A DNA stretch of 64,000 nucleotides from Tubiluchus corallicola. Its lineage: Eukaryota; Animalia; Priapulida. The notes beneath the pieces are model-generated. The model searched no databases. It was not told the origin of the DNA and worked only from the letters and a program-made list of their open reading frames with translations. The stretch covers positions 17,774 to 81,773 of the forward strand of contig JAQGDQ010000905.1 in the NCBI GenBank assembly GCA_030141605.1, in the 5' to 3' direction. Numbering within the stretch: the stretch's first letter is position 1; each line of letters starts with the position of its first letter. A program made the position numbers and the translations under genes. Positions 26,652-38,657 of this stretch are shown in pieces.

Positions 26652-28729
26652 GTCACATTTGCAAAGAATTTTATAGCTTATGTGACAGTCACTGATTTCA
26701 GTCATCTTTATTAATTTAAACTGATATTTTATAAATACTGTGACGAAGCTACTGTGACACATTTGCAAAGAATTTTATAGCTTATGTGACAGTCACTGAT
26801 TTCAGTCATCTTTATTAATTTAAACTGATATTTTATAAATACTGTGACGAAGCTACTGTTACACATTTGCAAAGAATTTTATAGCTTATGTGACAGTCAT
26901 TGATTTCAGTCATCTTTATTAATTTAAACTGATATTTTATAAATACTGTGACGAAGCTACTGTGACACATTTGCAAATAATTTTATAGCTTATGTGACAG
27001 TCACTGATTTCAGTCATCTTTATTAATTTAAACTGATATTTTATAAATACTGTGACGAAGCTACTGTGACACATTTGCAAAGAATTTTATAGCTTATGTG
27101 ACAGTCACTGATTTCAGTCATCTTTATTAATTTAAACTGATATTTTATAAATACTGTGACGAAGCTACTGTTACACATTTGCAAAGAATTTTATAGCTTA
27201 TGTGACAGTCATTGATTTCAGTCATCTTTATTAATTTAAACTGATATTTTATAAATACTGTGACGAAGCTACTGTGACACATTTGCAAAGAATTTTATAG
27301 CTTATGTGACAGTCACTGAATTCAGTCATCTTTATTAATTTAAACTGATATTTTATAAATCCTGTGACGAAGCTACTGTGACACATTTGCAAATAATTTT
27401 ATAGCTTATGTGACAGTCACTGATTTCGGTCATCTTTATTAATTTAAACTGATATTTTATAAATCCTTCACGAAGCTACTGTGACACATTTGCAAAGAAT
27501 TTTATAGCTTATGTGACAGTCACTGTTTTCAGTCATCTTTATTAATTTAAACTGATATTTTATAAATCCTTCACGAAGCTACTGTGACACATTTGCAAAG
27601 AATTTTATCGCTTATGTGACAGTCACTGATTTCGGTCATCTTTATTAATTTAAACTGATATTTTATAAATCCTTCACGAAGCTACTGTGACACATTTGCA
27701 AAGAATTTTATAGCTTATGTGACAGTCACTGTTTTCAGTCATCTTTATTAATTTAAACTGATATTTTATAAATCCTGTGGCGAAGCTACTGTTACACATT
27801 TGCAAAGAATTTTATAGCTTATGTGACAGTCATTGATTTCAGTCATCTTTATTCATTTAAACTGATATTTTATAAATCCTGTGACAAAGCTACTGTGACA
27901 CATTTGCAAAGAATTTTATAGCTTATGTGACAGTCACTGAATTCAGTCATCTTTATTAATTTAAACTGATATTTTACAAATCCTGTGACGAAGCTACTGT
28001 GACACATTTGCAAATAATTTTATAGCTTATGTGACAGTCACTGATTTCAGTCATCTTTATTAATTTAAACTGATATTTTATAAATCCTTCACGAAGCTAC
28101 TGTGACACATTTGCAAAGAATTTTATAGCTTATGTGACAGTCACTGATTTCGGTCATCTTTATTAATTTAAACTGATATTTTATAAATCCTTCACGAAGC
28201 TACTGTGACACATTTGCAAAGAATTTTATAGCTTATGTGATAGTCACTGTTTTCAGTCATCTTTATTAATTTAAACTGATATTTTATAAATCCTTCACGA
28301 AGCTACTGTGACACATTTGCAAAGAATTTTATAGCTTATGTGACAGTCACTGTTTTCAGTCATCTTTATTAATTTAAACTGATATTTTATAAATCCTGTG
28401 GCGAAGCTACTGTTACACATTTGCAAAGAATTTTATAGCTTATGTGACAGTCATTGATTTCAGTCATCTTTATTAATTTAAACTGATATTTTATAAATCC
28501 TGTGACAAAGCTACTGTGACACATTTGCAAAGAATTTTATAGCTTATGTGACAGTCACTGAATTCAGTCATCTTTATTAATTTAAACTGATATTTTATAA
28601 ATCCTGTGACGAAGCTACTGTGACACATTTGCAAATAATTTTATAGCTTATGTGACAGTCACTGATTTCAGTCATCTTTATTAATTTAAACTGATATTTT
28701 ATAAATCCTGTGACGAAGCTACTGTGACA
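26652..28729. repeat. 104-bp minisatellite, ~20 copies
   Basis: Unit gtgacacatttgcaaagaattttatagcttatgtgacagtcactgatttcagtcatctttattaatttaaactgatattttataaatactgtgacgaagctact; period 104. Confidence 0.97.
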
Positions 28730-29513
28730 AGCTACGATTCGAAACTGATTCCATGCAAGCTGGTAAAGCCGGCTGAGACTTTAGCAAATCTCCTTTACCA
28801 TTTTTATGTAACTGTTTGTATGTCTCATACACATCCAAGTCTGAATTCCACTGTTCTGCAGCTCTAACAACATCCTCGTCATCTATGCATCCTTCGACCA
28901 ATTTGGGAAACTCGTCTCTCCGAGCAGCCAATCTGGCAGCTAGCTCTTTTTTGCAAGCGTGACGATTCTTCTTCCTTTCGCTTTTCGCTAGTGCCTTCAA
29001 TCTTATAATTTCTCTTTTTACGTGTGCTTTGCACGCTTCTTTATAAGCTTTCTCGTTCGTCTCGCGCATTGCAATTTCATTCTTAAGCTTCCTAAATGCC
29101 TTTTGATTTTCGTTTTCTATCGCCTCCATTTCTTTCTTGCGTGTCCTGTACTGACCGTACCTGAAGCTGCCATATGCAATTAACGTTAATAGTATTGTAA
29201 TCAATGCCGCTATCGCCAAAATCAAGAGGTTCACGTTTTCTGTCAGTGATATTTGACTTTCCGAACCACTGTCTGCTTTCTGCGGTGAATCAGATGACAC
29301 AGTCTCTTCATCGCCAGCCTCATCATCGCCATCATCTCTCTTCTGCATAGTTTTTACAACATTTGACTCATCTTTGACAATGCCAGGTTCATGAAGGTTG
29401 CTAACAACATAGTCCACAGTTTGTCTATGTCTGGTAAAGCACATTTTTTGCAAGGCTGCATTTGGCAAATTGAAAAATGGTAATGCTAGTACTAAAAGCA
29501 CAAAAACTTTCAT
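28719..29513 (-). CDS. Intronless predicted type I membrane protein (~264 aa), family unknown
   Basis: ATG at 29513; signal-like MKVFVLLVLALPFFNLPNAA; acidic linker; TM segment LLILAIAALITILLTLIAY; K/E-rich coiled-coil-like tail; 795-nt non-repetitive ORF in AT-rich DNA. Confidence 0.72.
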   Translation of the reverse strand: MKVFVLLVLALPFFNLPNAALQKMCFTRHRQTVDYVVSNLHEPGIVKDESNVVKTMQKRDDGDDEAGDEETVSSDSPQKADSGSESQISLTENVNLLILAIAALITILLTLIAYGSFRYGQYRTRKKEMEAIENENQKAFRKLKNEIAMRETNEKAYKEACKAHVKREIIRLKALAKSERKKNRHACKKELAARLAARRDEFPKLVEGCIDDEDVVRAAEQWNSDLDVYETYKQLHKNGKGDLLKSQPALPACMESVSNRSLSQ

Positions 29514-29984
29514 ATTTTTTCCATTCAACTTCCATATTCGAAAATACTATTTGGAATGTATGGCATTTAGAACACACTAATCTCAACTACCATTGTTCTG
29601 AAACTTTTGGAATGCGCAGTGTTTGTTTCAGGACATTTGTGGACAAGGATTAATACTGTAATTAATATTTTACCTGACGGGTTTCATCAATTGTTACCGA
29701 TTCGTTAATTATCAATTTTTACTAAGGTATTTGCTGGTTTTGGCATTCATTACTATGTAGCTTTTTATCTGTTTAAGAGTTAAGAGACTACATTACCATC
29801 ATTAGGGGGGCAGTAATAAATGACTATTTGGAAAGTGTAAAACTGCTCGTGCATTATTGATCATTAGTGGATGGTGTAACTGCATACAATTTCAAATTGG
29901 ACATAACGTTTTTGCAGGGTTTTAGTAGGTTGTTGTTGCTGTTGTTGCTGTCATCATTAAAATTGTGTGAGCGGTGCAGTGGGT

Positions 29985-30300
29985 CAGGTATCGTGTTGAC
30001 GGTATGAGGGTGGTGTGGGGCGGGTAATGTAGTAGGTGTGGTTTGGTGCCGTGTTATGGAATGGCATTGGTATAATTGTGTGGTGACAGTGATGTGGTAT
30101 GATATAGGGGTGGTATACTGTGGATGGCATGGTGCGTGTAGCGTTGCTTGGTGTGGTATGAGTGATGCAGTATGGCTGCCGTGGTGTGGCATAGTATGAG
30201 TGGTGCGTGGTGTAGCTGTTGCGATGTGGGTGGTGTGGTGTGGTGTGAAGTGGCATGGATGGTGTAATGCGAGTGATATGACATGGCGGGTGTAGTGACA
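29985..30300. repeat. GT-rich (GGTGT)n-like low-complexity tract
   Basis: Direct inspection; source of the H/T/P-rich ORFs. Confidence 0.8.
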
Positions 30301-30737
30301 ATAAAGTTTATAATATGAGATAAGCTTTTTCGGTATTATCTTAATAAACACTGAACGTGTTGAATTCTGATTTGTTCTATAAAGTCTATAACAGTCCACA
30401 GGGGCATAATTAGTTGCAGTAAGAGAAAACTTCGAGCCATACCAACTGGATTTTGTTAATTCAAGATGTGCTGTAATGAGTTAAAAGATATTGACGTTAT
30501 GTGTCTAGAATACTCATGATTTGGGGCAAACGACATATGTAAATTCTTCAATCAAATTACAATTAGTTGTTTAGTTACATTGTAAATTAGCTATAGATTA
30601 CTACAACTCTGTATTGTGAAACCACTAAATTATGCATAATTGATTTTTGGGTATCCATATTCTTTGGCATCATTTTTTTATTTACATGGAATGGTGCGTT
30701 TTGGAATAAAGGAGAAAAATACAGAACAAAATTTAAA

Positions 30738-30886
30738 ATTAAAATGAGATTGAGTTTAAACAATTGTCCGGTCTTCCTTTAAGGTTGAAAAATCAAACTC
30801 GTGTTCATTTGGTTGAGGAGCGTGAGTTTGATTTTTCGACCTTAAAGGAAGACCGGACGATTGTTTAAACTCAATCTCATTTTAAT
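30738..30886. mobile_element. Near-perfect palindrome (~68-bp arms, ~11-nt loop), MITE-like
   Basis: attaaaatgagattgagtttaaacaattgtccggtcttcctttaaggttgaaaaatcaaactc is mirrored on the other side. Confidence 0.8.
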
Positions 30887-31972
30887 ATCCTGTCCAAAAT
30901 ATACATTTTCTCGTCTATATAAGTTAGCAATTGTTTCTTGTATTTGAATAATTAGCTTACAAAGTTAATCAACGGCTATTGCCTACATCAGAAACTAACC
31001 ACAGTTTGTGCAATGGCAAGCATCACCCTTTGCGCATCAAGCATGTTTACATAAGTGTTATTTTTCTGCTTAAATGCGTGATGTCACGAAAATTGGCTCA
31101 CTTCATAATTTAAAAAATGAACTTTCTATTTACTTTTTGGAAATTATAAGTTCCACTGTAAACAGGCTGCGAAAATTCAGAGTGAAGACCGAGGAACAAC
31201 AATGGTACCTTCATAGATAATAAACAAAGAATTAGTTATTTCAATGGACTCACACATTTGTAGACGGAGTTATAATAAATTTACATCCATATTTGTTTCC
31301 TAACTTGACAAGCAAGAATTTTTGAAACAGAGACGATGAAAAATGGACAGTTCACAGTTAGTTGTAAGCAAATAAATGCAAACTATGAAACAGAAGTACA
31401 GCAGTAGAATAACACACTTCAACATAGCAATCAAAAAATGTACTCATTGGCACAAGTAGTGCTGGCAATGTAAACAATTGCAAAGCCATTTTCACACTGT
31501 TTAAAATTCAATAAAAAAATTTAGCAAGGATACCAGGTACTTAAGACAAGAAGCTGTCAGCTGTTCACCCAAACATTACTGTGTTATGTTGGACGAAATT
31601 GTCTGCAACCGGGAATTTGATTAAAACTTTCATTGCCACTAGATGTCTCTGAAAATCCTGCACCAAAATGGACCAAATGGCTTTTTTCTTTGTGTTTGTT
31701 GGTTAAAAGAAAAGCAGAGAAGTTGAGTGGGAAGAGTTGGATTCGGTAAATGGTCTTCAAAGAAAACTCAAATTGAGGACCAAGAAAAATACAAATAAGA
31801 CAAAAGAAAATGAAAGAGAACATAATAAAAGTTGGGAGGGTATGTAGCTAACGCACCACATTACTTTAATAATGCAAGTGGTGAGAGTGTCAAAGAATGA
31901 AATACTTAAAGCAGCAAACTGGACTGGGAACTGTTTTAGAATCAAATCCACCAGGAAATACACTTTTACACC

Positions 31973-32409
31973 TGTGTAATAGATATTGTGGAAGTGGGAA
32001 TTGTACATTGTAATTAGGTGCTGCCATCTATGTGCTAATCTTGTTACATTCTACCAGCTGACTTACCTTCAGTATAATTGTATGGTCCAGTGAATACATA
32101 CACACTGGTCCTCTCCCTATCTTAAATTAATGGTTGTTGTGAAGCCTGTGCAACTCTGCATAGGTCAAGTTCTATACCTGTATACTGACTGTGAAACAGG
32201 TTTTACTGACTGTTTTTGCTTTCTAGTTTTTGCTCAATGTTCAGTGCAGCAGTTTTGCTACTCATGTTTTCTGTAGTTCAATAAACACTTTTCTGTTGTG
32301 TGCAGTGCAAATATTTATTATAGATTTTTGGTTCCTATTCATACTTCTCTGTGCCTAAACTCAATCATAACAAAGTGACTGAACAACAACTTCAAAAATG
32401 ACTTTCACA
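31973..32409 (+). mobile_element. 5' LTR of a BEL/Pao retrotransposon
   Basis: TGTG...CACA with AATAAA, homologous to the solo LTR at 37792-38272 and followed by a PBS; the start coordinate is approximate. Confidence 0.75.
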
Positions 32410-32411
32410 TA

Positions 32412-32429
32412 TGGTCCTTCAAGCCGAAT
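32412..32429 (+). promoter_or_regulatory. Primer-binding site (tRNA-Tyr type)
   Basis: TGGTCCTTCAAGCCGAAT resembles TGGTCCTTCGAGCCGGAT, complementary to the tRNA-Tyr 3' end. Confidence 0.75.
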
Positions 32430-32486
32430 CTGAACCCAGACAGCACACAAGGATAACAATACAGCACTTCTACTTCTGTTGTCAAC

Positions 32487-33865
32487 ATGACAGAGCAAGT
32501 GGAGAAAACTAAACGAGTTCGACGAGCTTTGAGATCTTCTGTTACAAAGGCTACAGCCTTATTAACTGATGAACTAGATAGAGAAATTCCTAGGAAGGAA
32601 GAGGTGAGCCTTCTCTTATCACTTGTTACGGAAAGTTGAAAATCCTACCATTACAGGTCCTGCTGCACGCACCAGTCGAGCTGACACTCTTTCCGACACT
32701 TCAGTATTTCGTTCAGCCGCTGTTACTCGTTTGCCTAAACTGATACTGCCAAAATTTGATGGCCAGATTTTGGAATGGCTGGCGTTTTGGGAACTGTTTG
32801 ATGCTGCTGTCCTTTCTCATGGGCATTTAGCGCCTGTGCAGAAGTTCACTTATTTAAAAGGACAACTCTGCGGTGAGGCTGCCACAGCCATAGCCGGTTT
32901 ACCTCTTTCCTCAGCCAACTACTCTATTGCCATTCAACTACTTGAGTGTTGGTTTGGGTGCAAAGAAGTTCTAATAAGTGCACATATGTCAGCACTTCTT
33001 CGATTGCCACCATGCACTTCTCTTGATGCGAAGCCACTTTGGAAAGTGCTTGACGAGCTTGACACGAACGTACGGGGTCTTGAAGCCCTAAATGTCACTT
33101 CAGATTCTTATGGTCGGTTACTAATACCAGTCCTGTTGTTTCGTCTTCCTTCACAGCTCTCGATCACTTTGGCCCATTGTATCTTGGTGACCAGACCAAA
33201 GCATGAGTTCTGCTGTTCACATGTGCCATCACTAAAGCCGTACACATGGAAGTTGTCACCTCCCTGAGTGAGAAAGATACTGAACTTGCTGTTCGTCGGT
33301 TCTTAGCACGCCGTGGACCCGCTCAGTTCTACAGCGACAATGCTCGATCATTCGTCAGCTTGGTGAAACACATGCAGAAGAGTCTGTCCTGGTCCTTCAT
33401 CCCTGAAGCTGCACCCTGGTGGGGAGGTTACTGGGAGAGACTCATTGGACTGTCAAACCCTCGTGTCGCAAGACACTTCGCAGCACATCCTTATCTCTGC
33501 CTGAACTTACCACAGTAGTTACGGAATTAGAGGAACGCATCAATAGGCGGCCGCTCGTTTTGTCTGGAGAAGAGCCTTTGACTCCAGGACACTTCATCTT
33601 TGGGACTACTCCACCTGCACTTTTGGACATAAGCATCCACGATTCACCACCTCCTGAAGATTTACAGAGGAGATGGAGACATCGTCTTACCATCAGCACT
33701 CATCTTTGGTCCAGATGGAGGAACGAGTATCTTCTATCACTACGACAATGGAGAACCAAGTCAAGATTTCCAGCTATTCCTAAAGAAGGAGATATTGTCC
33801 TTGTCCATGCCAAGCCTCTCCCTCGATGGTGTTGGCCGCTAGGCAAGATCGAATCGCTGATGTAA
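32487..33865 (+). mobile_element. Internally deleted BEL/Pao element: gag (DUF1759) joined to integrase core and DUF5641, with frameshifts
   Basis: LPKLILPKFDGQILEWLAFWELF...QKFTYLK (gag); RRFLARRG...SDNARSF...APWWGGYWERLIG (integrase); LWSRWRNEYL...GDIVLV...WPLGKI (DUF5641). Confidence 0.92.
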
Positions 33866-34053
33866 ACAGCTTGTTTGTATGATTGTATGATTTCTAGATG
33901 GAATGTGATAGTATATTGTTAATTTGTAGGGATTATGTATTTACGCTTAGTATGATAGCTAATAGTAACTTTTGTTTTATTATAAATGTAGTAACTGTGA
34001 GGTGCTTATTCCATGTTGTTCAATTTTTTTATTAGAATTTGTTCTTTTATTAG

Positions 34054-35890
34054 GAACGGGATCGTCAGAGAAATTGTTGTCGAAGTTGTTGAAGGATTTG
34101 AGGTTGGGAGGTATTCGAGGTTCCGAGAATTCATCGTCAAGGGGTTTGGGTGGGAGGTCGTCGAAGCAGGTTAGCAATGAGGTTGGTGATAAGGAGAATG
34201 TGGCAGGTATTGAGTTTGATTATTTTAATAAGGAAAGTCATGCAGAGAAGGTTGTGACATGGAAGACAGCATCAAAGGCAGTCCGGGAATGTTTATCAGT
34301 TGAAAAACACACTCAAGTTGTTTCTAAAGTAAAGGGTTTGCAAAAGATGGGCTTATCTAGTGTAGCAGTAGGTGTTAGTGGTGGCAAACGTTCTTCTTCT
34401 TCTTCTTCTGTGTGCTCTTCCTTGGCATTTTCTGGGGAGTATGTAAGTAGTAAAAAGATTGTCTAAATTTAATTCCAAGACAGGTTCATTAGAGTTAAAA
34501 CCGAAGAATCCTGCAGTTTCTTATGATGATCAAAATGAAATTGTGCTTTGTGATGAAGGTAGTTTAGCATGTTGCCAAGAGGGGAGGGTAGTAAGAAGGG
34601 GGAAAGTAGTTTGCATAATTCTAGGTTTGTATGCGTGGTTGGTGGTTCATCTGCAGATAAGGATGTACAAACGGAGGCAATATTAGAGTATGATTCAAAG
34701 ATTGGTTCAATTTTATGTGTTGTGAAGACTTTTTGAAGGAGTAGCCTATTGGGAGTAAAACACGAGAAGGAGGTTAGGGATATATACACACTCTGGTGGT
34801 CAGAAAATAGAAAATTATCTTATAAAAAAGCTGCAGACAAACATGTAGAGCAGACAGAGAGGTCAAGGTGGACTTGGCAGGTGAAACCTAAGCATTATAG
34901 CCCTAGTAGAGAGAGTTTGGCTTTCTTAGATAAAACAGTGTCATGATTTAAAGGAAGATGCATCTGACTTATTTAATCTTTTTGATTTGGTGATTCATGG
35001 CATTTGATTCGTGGTATTTTGCATAAGATGGAGACACTGGGTGGCAGGCATATGAAGATTTCTTGTTTCAGTTCTAGCACATCAAAACAGGCGGAGGAGT
35101 TTGCTCAATTAAGTCGCGGTTATAGTTGCACTTTTGATTCATTGTTAGTTGAGATTAGGAACTTGATTTCTTTAACAAAAGCAGGGAGGTGCAAGGGTTA
35201 GAGGGGGAAGGTTAGATAAAAAATGAATTAATTAAATGACTACACTACATGTATGTTAATTTTGTGATTCTTTATATAATTTTGGGTATCTGAAGTCTTG
35301 CGTATATGACTTAACTTCCGTTTTTTTTTTAAAACATTTTGGGGTTGCTTTAATGTTTGCTTTTGTGATTTTTTCACGACATTTGGGTATTTTAGTTTGA
35401 TGTGTGTGATTTCGTTTGTATTTTTATTGATGAAATTCACATTGGTTTAGATTCTTTACAGTTTTGAGCTGCATGTCTTCACATTATTTTTTGTTTTTTT
35501 TTTGTTGTTTTAATTCTACTGCATAAGATTTTGCTTGAGGTATTATTGATGGAAATGATGCTTATGATGGTTTAATTTTCAAGATTTGGTTATATTTCGC
35601 ATTATTTTTTCTGATTTTTTTGTATGACTTTTTTGTCATTTTAAATTGTTGTGCATAAAATTTAGCTTGTGGTATTGTTGACAGAAATGACGCTTGTGAT
35701 CGGTTTGATTTTTTAGGATTTGGGTATTTTTTATATTACTTCTTTGTGAGTTCTTGTATTTGATTATTTAAATTTGATGTGTGTTTCATTTGCATTACTG
35801 TGGATATAAATAATTGCTTATAATTGCTTTTAAATAAAATTTTTTAAAGAGTCTGCTAAACCCATTGGGCTGCCTTCGGATTTACGGTGC
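34054..35890 (+). mobile_element. Copy 1 of the PLE-associated upstream ORF (frameshifted), T-rich spacer and first codons of the RT region
   Basis: Homologous to 43510-44270 and 49146-50330 (GGKRS..VCSS, SKFNSKTGSLELKPKNPAVSYDD.NEIV, WQVKPKHY..SRESLAFLDK, EEFAQLSRGYSCT). Confidence 0.75.
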
Positions 35891-36862
35891 TATTGCAGGG
35901 TTAAGTAAAAAACTTTCGGTATTTGAAGATATAATCTATGATATGGTACTGCAGGGCTGTGATGAGATGAAGTGTAATACTGGCAGGGGAAAACAGCGGA
36001 CTTCGCAGGTGTGCGTGTGAACGTGGCTTTATCTAGCACAGACTCGTATTCTGACCTTGTGTTAGTAAAAGCCACTAGTCACGTGCACACCTGAGCTTAT
36101 AAAAAGGGAAGGTCTGCTGTAGATCCTTGTCAGTGGTCGTCTCATCTCAGCTCTGTTCACTTCTCACAGGCTTTGCTCTATTCTATTCTGTTCGGTAAGC
36201 TATTTGGAATATTTTTGTAATAAACTGTCATTTTGATTTTATTATTCATTTTGGTTTTGGTTTGGCATTGACTTAGTTGAGACATGCCGCACGGTGTAGA
36301 CCGCGGTGCCATCCGTCCTGCGACCGTTGAAAGTGGACAGCAGTCCAATATAATGCTGCGGGGTCTGCTTTTAAAGCAGATCGAACTAAATTGGAAATAC
36401 TTTGCGGTCTTCCACCGCTCCACATTGAATTAAATGTAATTGTTGTTAAATCTTGTCTCAAGATGTTATGTCAGAATGCTGATGATTTAGTTAAACAAAA
36501 GATTCTGCAGTATACCATATACTGACTGACTGACATGTTATGAGAGACTCGACTTCATTTTATCTGAAGCAAATAAAAACATTTTCTGCTAATCCAACGT
36601 CAAAAAGATAATTAACTGCTATAATGAAAATGTATAATAATATTATGAAATATGAAGAAATCAAACTTACATCTTTGCCGCATCTTACTAACTTGCTAAA
36701 GAGAACTCGACTGACAAAATTTTGTTATAAAGCGACACAACGTACTGAACAAGAATGGCTTCTTTCCTATCCTTTCTGTAAAATGAGGCCAATGGCCTAT
36801 TTCCTGTGCTAGCTCACCTGTCTATCAACAGCCTAAATTTGCAATAAACAAACACAAGGAGG

Positions 36863-36975
36863 CACCACATGCTTATATCCAAAACAGCTACTTTCGGTGA
36901 CATATAAAACTCTCAATACACCACATGCTTATATCCAAAACAGTTACTTTCGGTGACGTATAAAGCTCTCAATAC
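36863..36975. repeat. Tandem duplication of ~56 bp
   Basis: caccacatgcttatatccaaaacag.tactttcggtgac.tataaa.ctctcaatac occurs twice. Confidence 0.85.
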
Positions 36976-37111
36976 ATGGAGCACATCCATGGAATAAGCA
37001 GTCAATCAGTTTACATCATGGTCATCACCAGAGAGAATAAAGCGTTGATAAAGATTTGTTGCCTAGCCGGAATGACCTGAAGCTCGAATTCTGGTTAGCT
37101 TAACTAATCAG

Positions 37112-37244
37112 CCTTGTTACAACTTTTACTTGGTTGCCCCTCTCATCGGGACCGGTTTGAAGACCTCACTAAATCATTCAATCGGTAGGAGCAACGGGCG
37201 GTGTGCACAAAGGGCAGGGACGTAATCAACACGAGCTTATGACT
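37112..37244 (-). pseudogene. 18S rRNA 3'-end fragment (rDNA relic)
   Basis: ccttgttacaacttttactt and ctcactaaatcattcaatcggtaggagcaacgggcggtgtgcacaaagggcagggacgtaatcaac match the reverse complement of universally conserved 18S 3' segments, with mismatches and an internal deletion. Confidence 0.9.
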
Positions 37245-37791
37245 ATTAGTATAATCAGTCAGTATTCTGTGGTATGGTAGTGCACATCCGACAAGAAGGC
37301 ATATTTATAGAAATATTATGTATACACATGCGCAGACTGTGAGACACTTTTTAAAACTTGTCTGGAATGAAAACTTCCGTACTACAGGTCTTGAAGAAGT
37401 TCCTGAAAATATGTTAAAGCTCTGGATTATGTTTGTTGTACCTGGTCAAATAAATTTAGGCATGTTATGCAATTTCGAGGAGAAAATGTCGAAATGCAGA
37501 ATGTAAGCCATTGACAATGCCTTCGGAGACTGGTGTGGTATGGTTAGTTTTGGTTAGTGTGTCCTCTTTCCTGTGTATAAGGTTCTATCATAGGAACAAG
37601 AGCTGACGACGCTAAGTTTTGTCACTTGAAATGGACCCGCTCGAAGCCTCGCCTGGTGTAAAAGCACAGGACCAGTAATGTACAGTCTGCTTGAACGACT
37701 AGGTAAGACAGGATGTTTCTTTGGTGTGTGATGTGTTAATGTTATTATATTACTGTTACAACAAGCACTGTTATTCTTTTTTCACTGTGTA

Positions 37792-38272
37792 TGTGTATAT
37801 TTTTAGGTGCTGCCATCTATGAACTAATCCTTTTACATTTTACTAGCTAAACTCACCCCTAGTATGATTGTACGGTCCAGTGAATATTCACTGGATCTCT
37901 CCCTATTTTACAGTAATGGTTTTTGTGAAGCCAAGTTTGCACAATTACCTATACCTATATATACTGACTGGATTTACTTTCTAGTCGCTGTCTCACTCTC
38001 AATGCAGTGCAGAAGTCGTGTTACACAACTGTCTCACTACACAGCTGTCTAACGCGCACTCTCAGTGCAGTGCAGCAGTCGTGATACTCATGTCACTTAC
38101 TGTCTAACTCTCAGTGATCAGTGCAGGACACTCTTGTTCTCAGTGTTCAGTGTAGCAGTCATTCTACATATGTGCATGTAGTCTAATAAACACTTTTCAG
38201 TTTTGTGCAGATATGTAGTATAGTGTTTTATTCTTTTGTGATTCATCTACGACCTCAAACATGACTTTCACA
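37792..38272 (+). mobile_element. Solo LTR of the BEL/Pao family
   Basis: TGTG...CACA, AATAAA at ~38185, perfect 5-bp TSD GTGTA (37787-37791 and 38273-38277), homology to 31973-32409. Confidence 0.88.
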
Positions 38273-38657
38273 GTGTATGCGGCACATTTGCCTTGAAAGC
38301 AGGAGTGAGAGTGAAAGGAGTGAAACAGAAAAGCAAAAGCTGAAAATGTAGACAAGAATGACAGACAGTGATTCAAGTTCTGAATTTGAGCTACCAGGTA
38401 ATCCAGCTTTTGCAACTTCAAGGTATAAAAAATAAACGCTATTTTTCATATAGGAGTGGAAAAAGTAATAAGCAACACGAGTGTTACTTTGTTTCTTCCT
38501 TTTTATAAATTTCTCACCATATCATAAGTTGGCGATTTTGTTCACTGTGTAGGACCTGAATTCAACCTGCAGTGTCAGTTTGTAATTTTGTATAATGCCT
38601 GTTAGCGTCACTGCAATGTAATGTTTTTCAATGCGGTGAAAAAGTGAAAAACGGCAA

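Noticed and set aside
35970-36350. Further solo LTR (TATA-like and AATAAA present)
   Set aside because: Matching TG...CA termini, TSD and PBS could not be defined
31973-38272. One full-length BEL element bounded by the two LTRs
   Set aside because: The second LTR has its own 5-bp TSD on both sides and is clearly diverged from the first
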